Assembly: GCA_021816965.1 (NCBI GenBank)
Contig: JAKAWU010000001.1
Location: 22,259-86,258 of the forward strand
Direction of reading: 5' to 3'
Source of the DNA: Thermoplasmata archaeon
GTDB lineage: Archaea > Thermoplasmatota > Thermoplasmata > Thermoplasmatales > Thermoplasmataceae
Length of the DNA: 64,000 nucleotides
Positions 10,402 to 20,594 of the stretch are shown here, in pieces. The number at the start of each line of letters is the position of its first letter. Within the stretch, counting starts at the first letter, position 1. The notes under the pieces are model-generated. The model worked only from the letters and a program-made list of their open reading frames with translations, was not told the DNA's origin and did not search any database. The position numbers and the translations under genes are program-made.

Positions 10402-11334
10402 ATGATTAACCTGTATAATCCACAATATGAGGGACTGTATCTGGCCCTGATAACTTCATACCTCCTCGGAATCATACATGGTGTCACCCCGGATGAACAC
10501 ACATGGCCCATAACCTTCTCATATTCTGTGGGAAGTTACAGCATGAAAGGGGGATTCAGATCAGGTCTCGTATTCTCCACTGGATTCACGCTCCAGAGAG
10601 CTTTTCTTTCAGAAATTGCATATCTCTCCCTCGCAGGAATATTCATGACTGCAGCTGCATTCGGAATAACGTATGTTGCAGTGGGTGTGGCAATGGCTGC
10701 AGCAGGCATGTACATATATTTCAGGAAAACGAATTTCCATGTACACATAATCTCGCATTATATGGAGAAACTTGCGGGAGTTCATCAAAAACACCCTGAA
10801 CAGGAATATATGGAAAATATTCACAAGGTCAACCCAGTAATGCATGATATGAAACCCATACCTGCAAGAATGGCATTCATTCATGGACTCATCGCAGGTT
10901 TTGGATTTGGTGCCTTTGCACTCATAATATATACGGTGCTCGCCCCTTCCATGCCTAATGTATATATTGCATTCCTTCCCGGACTTCTGTTTGGACTTGG
11001 TACCATGACCATGCAGGTGATTCTCGGTGCTGTGTTTGGAACATGGATGGGCAGGAAGAAGAACCTCACGAAGGAGGGCATAGAATATGTCGCAAGAACC
11101 ATCAGCAGGAACACACTTTTCTATGGCGGGATCGCTTTTGTTATATCAGGCATAATCATTCTCATATTCCCCCAGATACTCAATTTAGCCATAATCACAC
11201 CAATCAAAGTGCACAACCTGCATGGACTGGGAATTGGATTCTTCATAGTAATATTCGCTGTTCTGATAGTGGGAGTGGTATCATACTTCAGAGCTATGAG
11301 GAAGGTGCTTTCTTCCGGTAATAATATATCCTGA
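10402..11334 (+). CDS. Ni/Co transporter-like membrane protein (NicO/RcnA/UreH-like)
   Basis: GIIHGVTPDEH resembles the NiCoT HxxxxDH motif. It has a His-rich loop and a LFGLGT motif. Confidence 0.7.
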   Translation: MINLYNPQYEGLYLALITSYLLGIIHGVTPDEHTWPITFSYSVGSYSMKGGFRSGLVFSTGFTLQRAFLSEIAYLSLAGIFMTAAAFGITYVAVGVAMAAAGMYIYFRKTNFHVHIISHYMEKLAGVHQKHPEQEYMENIHKVNPVMHDMKPIPARMAFIHGLIAGFGFGAFALIIYTVLAPSMPNVYIAFLPGLLFGLGTMTMQVILGAVFGTWMGRKKNLTKEGIEYVARTISRNTLFYGGIAFVISGIIILIFPQILNLAIITPIKVHNLHGLGIGFFIVIFAVLIVGVVSYFRAMRKVLSSGNNIS

Positions 11335-11382
11335 AATTTCTGGAAGATAATTAATACAAGTAGGAAATATCATGAAGTTCCT

Positions 11383-12657
11383 ATGATAAAACTCATTCTT
11401 GGATTGCAGTTTGGTGACGAGGGAAAGGGTAAAATTACAGATTTTGTGTCCAATGAAAAATCAATTCTTGTCAGATACAATGGAGGCACAAATGCAGGCC
11501 ACACCGTGGTAACCGATAAGGGGAAATTCAAGTTTCACCTGCTTCCGGCAGGTTCCCTAAGGGCAAAATCTGTGGTGCTTGGAAACGGTATGGTGATCGA
11601 TCCTGCTGCATTCATAGATGAGTTGAAGGAAATACAGAAGGAAAACCTGTCACTGGATGTCAGGATCAGTTCTGCAGCTTGCGTTGTCACAGACATGCAC
11701 AAATACATTGACAGGGAGCAGGAGAAGATCAGGGGAGACATGAAAATTGGAACAACCTCCCATGGCATAGGGCCCACATATGAGGAAAAATATTCAAGGA
11801 ACAGCATAAGGATTGGCGATCTTTCAGACCTTGGGATCATTCAGAGAAAACTAAAGCTCATAAGGGAAATACGGTACTCTGAAATCAAGAATTCACCATA
11901 CATGAATGATGATGAACTGATGAAAATGGCTGCAAATCTTCACAGAACATGGGAAACCATAGGAAAATATGTGTGCAGAACAGAGAGTTTCCTGATGGAT
12001 GCCGTGAAGAAACATGAGGATATGATCTTTGAGGGTGGCCATGGTTCACTTCTGGACATAGATTTTGGCACATATCCATATGTGACATCTTCAAACACCA
12101 TATCAGGCGCAATGCACACAGGTTCAGGAGTTTCACTCAGGAAAGTGGATTCCATAATAGGTGTTGTGAAAGCATATACATCCAGAGTTGGTGAGGGGCC
12201 CTTCCCGACCGAGCTTCATGGGACTGAGGCTGAAGAACTGAGGGCAGCTGGAGGAGAATATGGAACCACGACTGGAAGGCCAAGAAGGGTTGGATGGCTG
12301 GATATACCTCTCTTAAGATATACTGCTGAACTCAACGATATTGATCAGTTGGCCATAACAAAGCTTGACGTTCTGGGTTCTACAAAAAAAATAAAGATAT
12401 GCACATCCTACGGAAAAAATGTAATCAACCCAATCAATGCATTGCTGGGAAAGGAGAAACCAGAACCACAGTACATTGAACTCGACGGTTGGGGAAATCT
12501 CAGTGATGAGGAGATACAACAGATGATCAAACGCGGATATTCCTCATTGCCGGAAAAAATGAGAAATTATGTAGAGACAGTGGAGAAACTTGTGAATATA
12601 CCGGTAAGCATAATTTCCATAGGACAGATAAGAGGCAGCACCATACAGAAAAATTAA
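11383..12657 (+). CDS. purA: Adenylosuccinate synthetase
   Basis: GLQFGDEGKGK, NAGHT, GIGPTY, GTYPYVTSS and EYGTTTGRPRRVGWLD. Confidence 0.98.
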   Translation: MIKLILGLQFGDEGKGKITDFVSNEKSILVRYNGGTNAGHTVVTDKGKFKFHLLPAGSLRAKSVVLGNGMVIDPAAFIDELKEIQKENLSLDVRISSAACVVTDMHKYIDREQEKIRGDMKIGTTSHGIGPTYEEKYSRNSIRIGDLSDLGIIQRKLKLIREIRYSEIKNSPYMNDDELMKMAANLHRTWETIGKYVCRTESFLMDAVKKHEDMIFEGGHGSLLDIDFGTYPYVTSSNTISGAMHTGSGVSLRKVDSIIGVVKAYTSRVGEGPFPTELHGTEAEELRAAGGEYGTTTGRPRRVGWLDIPLLRYTAELNDIDQLAITKLDVLGSTKKIKICTSYGKNVINPINALLGKEKPEPQYIELDGWGNLSDEEIQQMIKRGYSSLPEKMRNYVETVEKLVNIPVSIISIGQIRGSTIQKN

Positions 12658-12725
12658 GCTTCTCCTAACGTATACCTAATATATGAGGTATGACTTAGAA
12701 ATAATGTCAACCTCTACACAATTAT

Positions 12726-14576
12726 ATGATTCTCAGTGAAGAGCAGAAAGGTGAAAAGGGGAAGAAAGTTCTCATGCTGGGGAATGAAGCCATAGCAAGA
12801 GGACTGTTGGAAAATGGAAATGCTTTCTCCGCAACATATCCCGGTACACCATCCAGCGAAGTTGGAAATATGCTTGAAAGAGAGGGAAAGAAAAATGGCA
12901 CTTATTTCCAGTATTCAATAAATGAGAAGGTTGCCTATGAAATAGCATATGGTGCATCTCTCTCAGGTCTCAGGTCTTCTGTTTTCATGAAGCATGTTGG
13001 TTTGAACGTGGCCTCAGACCCCTTTGTTACTTCAGTTTATACAGGAATTGGAGGTGGGATGATCGTTATGGTTGCGGATGATCCTTCCATGTTCTCATCC
13101 CAGAATGAGCAGGACAGCAGGAGATACGCAGATCTTGCCCATGCTCCAATGATTGAACCCTCAACCCCACAGGAATGCAAAGATTTTGTGAGATATGCCT
13201 TCGAGGTTTCAGAAAAATACTCTGTTCCTGTGTTATACAGGACCTCCACCAGGGTCAGCCACATGAGGGCCTCGGTTGAACTTGGAGAGATCAGGAATGC
13301 TGTCAGAGTACACAATGATGTGAAGGAAATGAGGGGAAACACGACCTCTCTTCCGTCCAACGCCAGGAGGCTTAAGAGTGAACTTCTTCACAAGATGTCC
13401 TCATTGGGGGTTGATCAGGATTTCTCATCCCTGAACAGGATCGAGAAATACGGGAACACAAGAACAGGAATCATAACATCCGGCTCATCCTACAATCAGG
13501 TTGTGGATGCTGTGTTCTCCATGGGCATTGACATGAATGTGCTCAAACTGGGATTGACCAATCCAATACCTCAGGAAATAACAGAGAAATTCCTGAAGGA
13601 GAATGACCAGATTCTTGTGGTGGAGGAGCTTGATCCGTATCTTGAGACAAAAATAAGGGCATACAGAGACATACTTGGAAACGGTGCAGTCATACATGGA
13701 AAACTGGACAGACATATGCCATGGCTCTATGAGATGAATCCTCACACCGTCAGGAATGGAATCCGCATGATGTTGGGCCAGGAAGTGGAGAAGATTTCAA
13801 CTCCAAAGCCTGCCTCAAGACCAGACTTCTGCCCCGGATGCCCCCACAGATCTTCATTCTATACTATCAAGAGGGCATTGAAACTTGCAGGAAAATCTAA
13901 CATGGTACTCGCTTCAGACATTGGATGTTATTCCCTCTCATATTACGAACCCTATTCCACTGCAGATATAATGCTGGACATGGGGGCATCCATATCGGTT
14001 GGATCTGGAATCAGTATTGCAACCGGAGAAAAGGTAGCAGCATTCATAGGTGATTCAACGTTTTACCACTCAGGCATAACCGCATTGACCAATGCAGTCA
14101 GATCAGGAGCTAACATGCTTGTTTTCATACTGGACAACAGCACCACTGCAATGACCGGACAGGAACCAACACCAGAGAATGATGCAGTGGTGAATGGAAT
14201 GGAATTTAAGGGCATATCGTTGGAGAATATAATCAGAGCCTGTGGGGTGGAAAACCTCACAATTGCAAACAGCTTCAACCAGAAGGAGCTGATGAAAACT
14301 GTGATGAGCTCATTGAAGAATGATGGCGTCTCTGTTATAGTATCAAAAGGCGAATGCGCACTCATAGACAGGAAGGAGAAGGCTGCAAGGGAAAAATACA
14401 TGGTTGTTACGGAAAAATGCAGCGTATGCAGAAACTGTATAGATAACTTCCACTGCCCTGCAATACAGCAGGATTCGGAGGGGCACATATTCATTGATCC
14501 TGTCCAATGCGATGGATGTGGTATGTGTTCTGACATTTATGTATGCCCATTCAAGGCAATAGAGGTGGTACAGTGA
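12726..14576 (+). CDS. iorA: Indolepyruvate:ferredoxin oxidoreductase alpha subunit
   Basis: GNEAIARG, YPGTPSSE, MKHVGLNVA, SSQNEQD, CPGCPH, GDSTFYHSG and a C-terminal ferredoxin domain. Confidence 0.95.
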   Translation: MILSEEQKGEKGKKVLMLGNEAIARGLLENGNAFSATYPGTPSSEVGNMLEREGKKNGTYFQYSINEKVAYEIAYGASLSGLRSSVFMKHVGLNVASDPFVTSVYTGIGGGMIVMVADDPSMFSSQNEQDSRRYADLAHAPMIEPSTPQECKDFVRYAFEVSEKYSVPVLYRTSTRVSHMRASVELGEIRNAVRVHNDVKEMRGNTTSLPSNARRLKSELLHKMSSLGVDQDFSSLNRIEKYGNTRTGIITSGSSYNQVVDAVFSMGIDMNVLKLGLTNPIPQEITEKFLKENDQILVVEELDPYLETKIRAYRDILGNGAVIHGKLDRHMPWLYEMNPHTVRNGIRMMLGQEVEKISTPKPASRPDFCPGCPHRSSFYTIKRALKLAGKSNMVLASDIGCYSLSYYEPYSTADIMLDMGASISVGSGISIATGEKVAAFIGDSTFYHSGITALTNAVRSGANMLVFILDNSTTAMTGQEPTPENDAVVNGMEFKGISLENIIRACGVENLTIANSFNQKELMKTVMSSLKNDGVSVIVSKGECALIDRKEKAAREKYMVVTEKCSVCRNCIDNFHCPAIQQDSEGHIFIDPVQCDGCGMCSDIYVCPFKAIEVVQ

Positions 14577-15130
14577 CAGGATCATACAGGATAGCTGGAG
14601 TTGGTGGACAGGGAGTCATAACCATGGGAAAGGCAATTTCAACAATACTGATGATGGAGAAACTGGATCCGGTAATGTCTGAAATTCATGGGCTTTCCCA
14701 GAGAGGGGGAAGTGTTGTTTCAGACGTGAAATTCGGTGGAGCAAGATCGCCAATACTCATGGAGGGTGATGCAGAATTCCTTATTGGACTGAAAACATCA
14801 GAAGCCATATCAAATATGTACATCCTGAACAGTGAAGGCATTTGCATTGGGAACAGGATCAATCCCGGGAGGGAAGAAGTTGTTCTGGACCTTGTGGATG
14901 GAAAGAAGATTTACTGGATAGACTGCGATTCCATTGCCGGGCACGATGCAAGTGGAAGCGTAAACATGATTCTGCTTGGGTTTTTATGCGCTGCAGATAA
15001 TAGAATGCCTATCGAATCGGCAGTGGATTTCATATCCTCTTCATTCGGGAGCAGTGTCTCAGAGAAAAACATCAAAATGCTCAAGAAGGGTTACGAGGCA
15101 GGAAAGAAATTCATCCCGGATCAAAACTGA
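14573..15130 (+). CDS. iorB: Indolepyruvate:ferredoxin oxidoreductase beta subunit
   Basis: AGVGGQG and EIHGLSQRGGSV. The GTG start at 14573 overlaps the iorA stop (GTGA) and is preceded by GAGGTG. Confidence 0.92.
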   Translation: MTGSYRIAGVGGQGVITMGKAISTILMMEKLDPVMSEIHGLSQRGGSVVSDVKFGGARSPILMEGDAEFLIGLKTSEAISNMYILNSEGICIGNRINPGREEVVLDLVDGKKIYWIDCDSIAGHDASGSVNMILLGFLCAADNRMPIESAVDFISSSFGSSVSEKNIKMLKKGYEAGKKFIPDQN

Positions 15131-15186
15131 TCCAAACTTAATTTTTTCAATAAATTTAATAGGTTGTCACGAATCGATTCTGTATA

Positions 15187-15699
15187 ATGACTGAAGTTAT
15201 CGGCTCTATAGACAACGCAGTAAATATGAAGGGCGTTTACTGTCTGATTTTCATACCCGGTGAAATGCTGAAATTCGAGATCATGAGCAATAAGGAAAGA
15301 AGATTTGAAATGTACCAGACAAGGATGATGGGGGGCATAGGTGTGCTTCCATCTGGCAGTGGGTTGAATGCTTACAATATACAGAAAGAACGGATGGAAA
15401 ACATGATTCTTGAAAACGTTGGCAGGGGCCAGGATATCGAGAAGAGTATTGACAGTTATCTTGAAAAGAAACCTGCAGAATATGAAAGCTTCCCGTATGA
15501 AAACATAATTGAAGCGGAGCTTTCCTCAGGAACTGCATTCACATTGCCTCATATCATTTTCAGGTTAAAAGATGAGCATATGAAATTCCACCTTATCCAT
15601 GGAAATTTCAGTGGAAGGGGAAAGATACCTGAAGAGGTTTTCAAAAAATATGAGGATATTTTAAGGATAACGCTCAGTGAAAGGTTGAATGTGAAATAA
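15187..15699 (+). CDS. Hypothetical protein (possibly PH-like fold)
   Basis: 170-aa ORF. The FPYENIIEAEL...IIFRLKDEHMKF pattern resembles PH-like domains (weak inference). Confidence 0.7.
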   Translation: MTEVIGSIDNAVNMKGVYCLIFIPGEMLKFEIMSNKERRFEMYQTRMMGGIGVLPSGSGLNAYNIQKERMENMILENVGRGQDIEKSIDSYLEKKPAEYESFPYENIIEAELSSGTAFTLPHIIFRLKDEHMKFHLIHGNFSGRGKIPEEVFKKYEDILRITLSERLNVK

Positions 15700-15761
15700 T
15701 TCTCCATAATTCCCTGTACTACAAGAACATAACATTTTATACACTCAAGTGATTCCAATAT

Positions 15762-16349
15762 GTGGAGAATATTAATGCAACACCATTAAGGTTCAGAAGC
15801 ATCATAACTCCAAAATCATACATACTCTTCTTTCTTCCAATAATTGTGTGCGTGATTGCAGTTGCGGTTGGAAACATAATATTCCTGGATTATGTACATG
15901 TTCTTTCCGGAGGAGTGTGGACAGGAATAGATCTGTTCATGGGGTTCATTGTGGGCCCCGTCATTGGAAAACTCACTCCTGCAGCAAGAGCAGAAGTCAT
16001 AAAGAATCTTGTGCCCTACATGCTTTTCTTCATGCCATCCATAGCATCAGTTGCAGTGACTGCTGGTTATTACCTTGCATCATCAGAGAGTGTTTTCATC
16101 ATAACCTCCCCTGCCATATTCATATCAGGAATACTTGTGATTTTACTAATACTCCAGGGTTTCGGCATCTTCATGCCAAATGAAGTGAGAATATTCCTAG
16201 AACTTGGAAAACCTCAGCCTGACGTGAATAAGATGACCAGACTTGCAATGATGAACTTCAGGCTCTCTGGTTTGCAGGGTGCAATGCAGATCGCATTGAT
16301 CTTCATAATGGCAAACATTGCAAACAATAACCTTTATCTGCACTTCTAA
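15762..16349 (+). CDS. Integral membrane protein (CopD/DUF2269-like)
   Basis: Five hydrophobic segments. YVHVLSGGVWTG resembles the HxxxxxxWxG motif of CopD-like 4-TM proteins. Confidence 0.7.
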   Translation: MENINATPLRFRSIITPKSYILFFLPIIVCVIAVAVGNIIFLDYVHVLSGGVWTGIDLFMGFIVGPVIGKLTPAARAEVIKNLVPYMLFFMPSIASVAVTAGYYLASSESVFIITSPAIFISGILVILLILQGFGIFMPNEVRIFLELGKPQPDVNKMTRLAMMNFRLSGLQGAMQIALIFIMANIANNNLYLHF

Positions 16350-16367
16350 AATTTTAGTGGGAAGGAT

Positions 16368-17561
16368 TCAGATGAATTCCTTTCCGATTGTTTCCCTTGC
16401 TATGATCTGCTTCATTATTTCCCTTGATCCTTCAGCAAGCTGAAAAGATCTTATTCCTCTCAGGGCCCATTCCTCCGGGCATTCCTTTGAATATCCAAAT
16501 GCACCATGCCACTGGAGTGAGTCGTTTATGGCATCGAATGCCCATGTTGTGGACAATAACTTCGCCTTGGCTATCTCCTTGCTCACCTGCATCCTTGTAT
16601 ATTTTCCATGATTCTGTTCCTGATCGTAAATCCAGAGTGCCCTGTAACCCATGTCGAGGGCAGTTTCCATTCTTGCAGTGTGCTCTGCCACCTGGAATTG
16701 AAGTCCCTGGAATTTTGTGAGTGGTTTCCCGAATGCAACTCTCTGCTTCATATAGTCTACACCCCTCCCTATGGATTCAAGTGCCGCACCTGCACTTATG
16801 ACAGAAATGAGTGCCCTTGCAAACTCAAAGCCTTCATGAATGATCTTGAATCCCTCATTTTCCTTTCCAATAAGATAGTCTGACGGAATCTCCAGATCGT
16901 TTATCCTGAATGCACCCCAGCTTGAGCCTTCCCTTCCCATCTCCTCAAGATATGTAACATCCAGATGTTTCTCTGAATATGGCATGAAAAGAAGGGATGT
17001 GCCCCTTGTGCCTTGTTTTGACTGATCAGTTTTTGCCACTGTGACGAAACCTCCGCCATTCTCCTTTATGTCCCTGACCATGCTTATGTAACTCTTCTCT
17101 CCGTTAATCACATAACCATTGCCTGTTTTCTTTGCCACAGTGGTCATGGATGCAACGTCTGACCCGAAATTTGGTTCCGTGGATGCTATTCCAATGAATT
17201 TCTTCCCTTTTGCCACATCGGGAAGATATTCCTGCTTGAGGCCCTCTTTCCCGTATTTTGAAAGAAGGTAGGACCATGCGTTGTCCACAAGGAACAGAAC
17301 GGGTATGGATACTGTGGGATCAGCTCTTCCGATCTCTTCTGCCACTATACCTATTGATATGGGATCATAGCCGGGGCCCCCGTATTTTTCTGGTACTGCC
17401 ATTCCGAAAAGGCCCTGTTTGGCCATTCCTTTCATTATGGAATCGGGTATTCTTCTTGCCTTGATCATTTCCCTTATTTTCGGCTTGATCTCCCTTTCTG
17501 CAAATTCCCTGACTGCCTGCCTGAGTATGTTCTGCTCCTCCGTGAATGTATAATCGAGCAT
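16368..17561 (-). CDS. Acyl-CoA dehydrogenase
   Basis: STEPNFGSDVA, INGEKSYIS, RVAFGKPL, QWHGAFGY and EGSREIM. Confidence 0.95.
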   Translation of the reverse strand: MLDYTFTEEQNILRQAVREFAEREIKPKIREMIKARRIPDSIMKGMAKQGLFGMAVPEKYGGPGYDPISIGIVAEEIGRADPTVSIPVLFLVDNAWSYLLSKYGKEGLKQEYLPDVAKGKKFIGIASTEPNFGSDVASMTTVAKKTGNGYVINGEKSYISMVRDIKENGGGFVTVAKTDQSKQGTRGTSLLFMPYSEKHLDVTYLEEMGREGSSWGAFRINDLEIPSDYLIGKENEGFKIIHEGFEFARALISVISAGAALESIGRGVDYMKQRVAFGKPLTKFQGLQFQVAEHTARMETALDMGYRALWIYDQEQNHGKYTRMQVSKEIAKAKLLSTTWAFDAINDSLQWHGAFGYSKECPEEWALRGIRSFQLAEGSREIMKQIIARETIGKEFI

Positions 17562-17597
17562 GAGTACTGTATCCCATAGAGTTATTTTAACATAAGC

Positions 17598-17637
17598 GAG
17601 CGGGAAGCCCCCTGCGTTAGTTGAGGGAGGATGTCAC
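17598..17637 (+). mobile_element. Short IS200/IS605-family right-end-like remnant
   Basis: GC-rich intergenic GAGCGGGAAGCCCCCTGCGTTAGTTGAGGGAGGATGTCAC matches the GAAGCCCC...GGGAGGATGTCAC pattern of tnpB-element right ends. No tnpA/tnpB ORF is adjacent. Confidence 0.6.
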
Positions 17638-17715
17638 AGTGAATGTAGCGGTATGAAAACTTGACCTGAAAAGCAATATATATTAGAAAAAATAAGGTGA
17701 GACCGGATTGAAAGT

Positions 17716-18651
17716 TCAATCATGATTCAGCATTGCTATAGATGGATCCTTGCAGAGTAGTGATACCCTGCTCTCCCTTCTCTCTGCAGTCACCTGATAC
17801 CCAAGCTTCTCGCCCAGTTCAGTGGTGAATGCCATTATGTCATCATGGGAGGGCATATTGTCCTCCGTGAGCCTGTCAATGGACTGACCCACATGAACAT
17901 ATCCCTTGGACTCTATGAAGTGAGGGTCTGCTATGGAATCCCATCTTGCATATTCGTCAATATATGGCATGTTTACATCCTTGACCAGTGTGTGCCTTAT
18001 GACCTTTCTTGTATCCAGGGATGGCAAAAGTTCCATGGTTCTGGCAAAATTTTCCCATGCATTTCCAATAGATGGATTCAGAAGCCTGTTGAATATTTCC
18101 TTCGTGGGGCCCGCTGTGGTGACATAAAGCTGTGTTGGCAGTGGATCAAGCTTCTCAAGGACCATTGGAAGCGTTCCATTTGTAACAAGGAATGTGGTGA
18201 ATCCTCTTTTATGAGCTATCTCTATGAATTCTCCAAGCCTTGTGTACAGTGTGGGCTCTCCAGTGAGAGATATGGCTATGTGTTTTGGCCTGGAAGCTTC
18301 TTCCCATTTCTCTTCTGTGACCTTTGGATTGCCCTTAAACCCGGATATGAGTTTCATATGGGCCTTTATGCTCTCTTCAAGTATGAATTCAGGATCGTCC
18401 TCATCTGCAATCTTCATGCTGTCAAATCCGTTGAATCTCCAGCAGAATGAACAGTTTTCGGTGCAGGAGTTAAGTGCAGGAGTCATCTGTATGCACTGGT
18501 GTGAATTTATTCCGTAAAAGGTTCCCTTATAACAGGATGGGCCCCCGGTCATTTCACTCTTTGTCCAGTGGCACACCTTCACGGCGGAGTGCTTGCCTAC
18601 AAGACCATAGTGTTGTTTCTTGTAGACTTCTGCATATTTGTTTTCCATCAT
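17716..18651 (-). CDS. taw1: 4-demethylwyosine synthase (radical SAM, Taw1/TYW1)
   Basis: HSAVKVCHW, CYKGTFYGINSHQC, CTENCSFCWR (CxxxCxxC) and SLTGEPTLY. Confidence 0.95.
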   Translation of the reverse strand: MMENKYAEVYKKQHYGLVGKHSAVKVCHWTKSEMTGGPSCYKGTFYGINSHQCIQMTPALNSCTENCSFCWRFNGFDSMKIADEDDPEFILEESIKAHMKLISGFKGNPKVTEEKWEEASRPKHIAISLTGEPTLYTRLGEFIEIAHKRGFTTFLVTNGTLPMVLEKLDPLPTQLYVTTAGPTKEIFNRLLNPSIGNAWENFARTMELLPSLDTRKVIRHTLVKDVNMPYIDEYARWDSIADPHFIESKGYVHVGQSIDRLTEDNMPSHDDIMAFTTELGEKLGYQVTAERRESRVSLLCKDPSIAMLNHD

Positions 18652-18792
18652 GGGTAAAGATAGAATATGCTTATTTAATTTTTGAGTGATTTTCTGTTGC
18701 TATGAACTCCATCCAATTCAGACATTATTTCTCCTGAAAGGCGAGTTAAACCAAAAAATTTGTTCTAAAATTATGTACATTTATTAATAACA

Positions 18793-19356
18793 ATGGAATC
18801 TGATTTCATGGGTAATGGAAGCCTTTGGAATGAGATTTCATACGGAGACAAGGTGCCTGATGAATTCATTGCGGTCATAGAGACCCCAATGGGGAGCAGA
18901 AACAAGTTTGAGGCAAACAAGGATGGCCCCGGAATCGTCCTTGACAGAGTTCTCTATTCTTCTGTGTCATATCCCGCAAATTATGGATTTATACCTAGAA
19001 CATACTATGAGGATGGAGATCCGATTGATGTGCTTGTGATATCCACATATCCCCTTCCAACGGGAACAATAGTTAAGGCGAGGCCCCTGGGCACCATGCA
19101 CATGATTGATGGCGGAGACAGGGATGACAAGATCATTGCGATTGCGACCAAGGATCCGCATTTCTCCCATGTGAAGACCCTGAAGGATATTGGCCCGCAT
19201 TTCCTGCTTGAAGTCGAGAATTTCTTCACAACATACAAGATACTTGAAAACAAGAAAACATCTGTGAACGGATGGGGCGACATAGATGATGCAAAGAAGC
19301 AGATCATGGAGTCTATAGACAGCTATAATGAAAAATTCAGCCAGAATCTACAATAA
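18793..19356 (+). CDS. ppa: Family I inorganic pyrophosphatase
   Basis: LDRVLYS, YPANYGFIPRT, DGDPIDV and DDKIIA. The start could be the next Met. Confidence 0.96.
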   Translation: MESDFMGNGSLWNEISYGDKVPDEFIAVIETPMGSRNKFEANKDGPGIVLDRVLYSSVSYPANYGFIPRTYYEDGDPIDVLVISTYPLPTGTIVKARPLGTMHMIDGGDRDDKIIAIATKDPHFSHVKTLKDIGPHFLLEVENFFTTYKILENKKTSVNGWGDIDDAKKQIMESIDSYNEKFSQNLQ

Positions 19357-19385
19357 TTTATTTTATCTGCTGATCATTAAGGTTC

Positions 19386-20594
19386 ACGAGAGTATCTAAT
19401 TTATCCGGATATACCGGTGATTTCTGGGCCGCATCCTTTGCCTCGGCTGCACGATCATTTGGAATTGGGGCCACATGGCCATTCCTGGCTATTTTCTTCA
19501 CCTATTCCCTGAAGATATCCATACTTTACGTTGGATTCATTTTCGGGGCCATGGCTTTTATTTCAATAATTTTCTCACTGATTGGCGGATACATTGGGGA
19601 CACCATTGGAAGGAGATATACCATACTGATAGGAGGGGCTGTAGGTGTTGTTGCCTATTTCAGTGTGTATTATCTCTTCACTATTGACACCAGTGCACTG
19701 ATCATCTCCATAATATTTGTGCTTTCATCCATATCAGGAGCACTGGTATTCCCTGCATCCTCAGCTGTGGTGGCTGACACAACAACCAGTGAAATGAGAC
19801 GTTCCGGTTTCGGGATATACAGGGTTTTCACCAATATAGGATGGGCAGTGGGGCCCATAATTGGTTCCCTGATCTATAATTCAGGTGTGGAGTACATCTT
19901 CCTCTTTGCATCCATCACATACCTTCTCCAGTTGGTGATTGTATTCCTGTTCATGAAGGAGACATCAAAGAAAATCGTTGAAAAGTCTGGGAAAGAGTTC
20001 ATAAGCTATGATGCTAAACTCATACTATTCTCACTTGGAACGTTCTTCCTGACACTTCTGACATCCCAGTTCAATGTTACTTTCCCAACCTATGCAACCC
20101 TTCAGGGTGGTGTTCCTCCTTCATCCATTGGATACATATATGCTGTTAACGGAACAGTGGTTGTGCTTGGCCAGATACCTGTGAACAGGTTATTCCGTAG
20201 ATTCTCTGATCTTCTCATGATGCAGATTGGCTCGCTTTTCTATGCTGCCGGATATTTTGCCTGTGCATTCTCGGATTCTGTAATACAGTTCATGATTGCA
20301 ATGTTTATCATAACCATAGGAGAGAATATGGCCAGCCCGGGAATAAACAGTGTTGTCACAAAAATATCCCCTGCGGGAAAGACTGCAAGATACAATGGAT
20401 TCAACTCCATGATCAATGCTACTGCAAGGGGACTGGGGCCCTCTGCAGGATCGTTCTTCCTTTATGTCTATTCATATAACGGAATAAGAACATGGGCATC
20501 CCTGGATATGTTTGCTGTCATGGCAATAATTCTGTTCACCTTTACAAAGAACCTGCTGGCAAAAGGATCAGCGGAAAGTACTGTGAAAGAATGA
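19386..20594 (+). CDS. MFS transporter (DHA1-like); probable non-canonical start upstream of the track ATG at 19551
   Basis: The frame is open from 19374 and encodes TM1-TM2 (FWAASFASAARSFGIGATWPFLAIFF...) before GDTIGRR. No ATG/GTG/TTG is in frame before 19551, but ACG is at 19386. Confidence 0.8.
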   Translation, partial: TRVSNLSGYTGDFWAASFASAARSFGIGATWPFLAIFFTYSLKISILYVGFIFGAMAFISIIFSLIGGYIGDTIGRRYTILIGGAVGVVAYFSVYYLFTIDTSALIISIIFVLSSISGALVFPASSAVVADTTTSEMRRSGFGIYRVFTNIGWAVGPIIGSLIYNSGVEYIFLFASITYLLQLVIVFLFMKETSKKIVEKSGKEFISYDAKLILFSLGTFFLTLLTSQFNVTFPTYATLQGGVPPSSIGYIYAVNGTVVVLGQIPVNRLFRRFSDLLMMQIGSLFYAAGYFACAFSDSVIQFMIAMFIITIGENMASPGINSVVTKISPAGKTARYNGFNSMINATARGLGPSAGSFFLYVYSYNGIRTWASLDMFAVMAIILFTFTKNLLAKGSAESTVKE

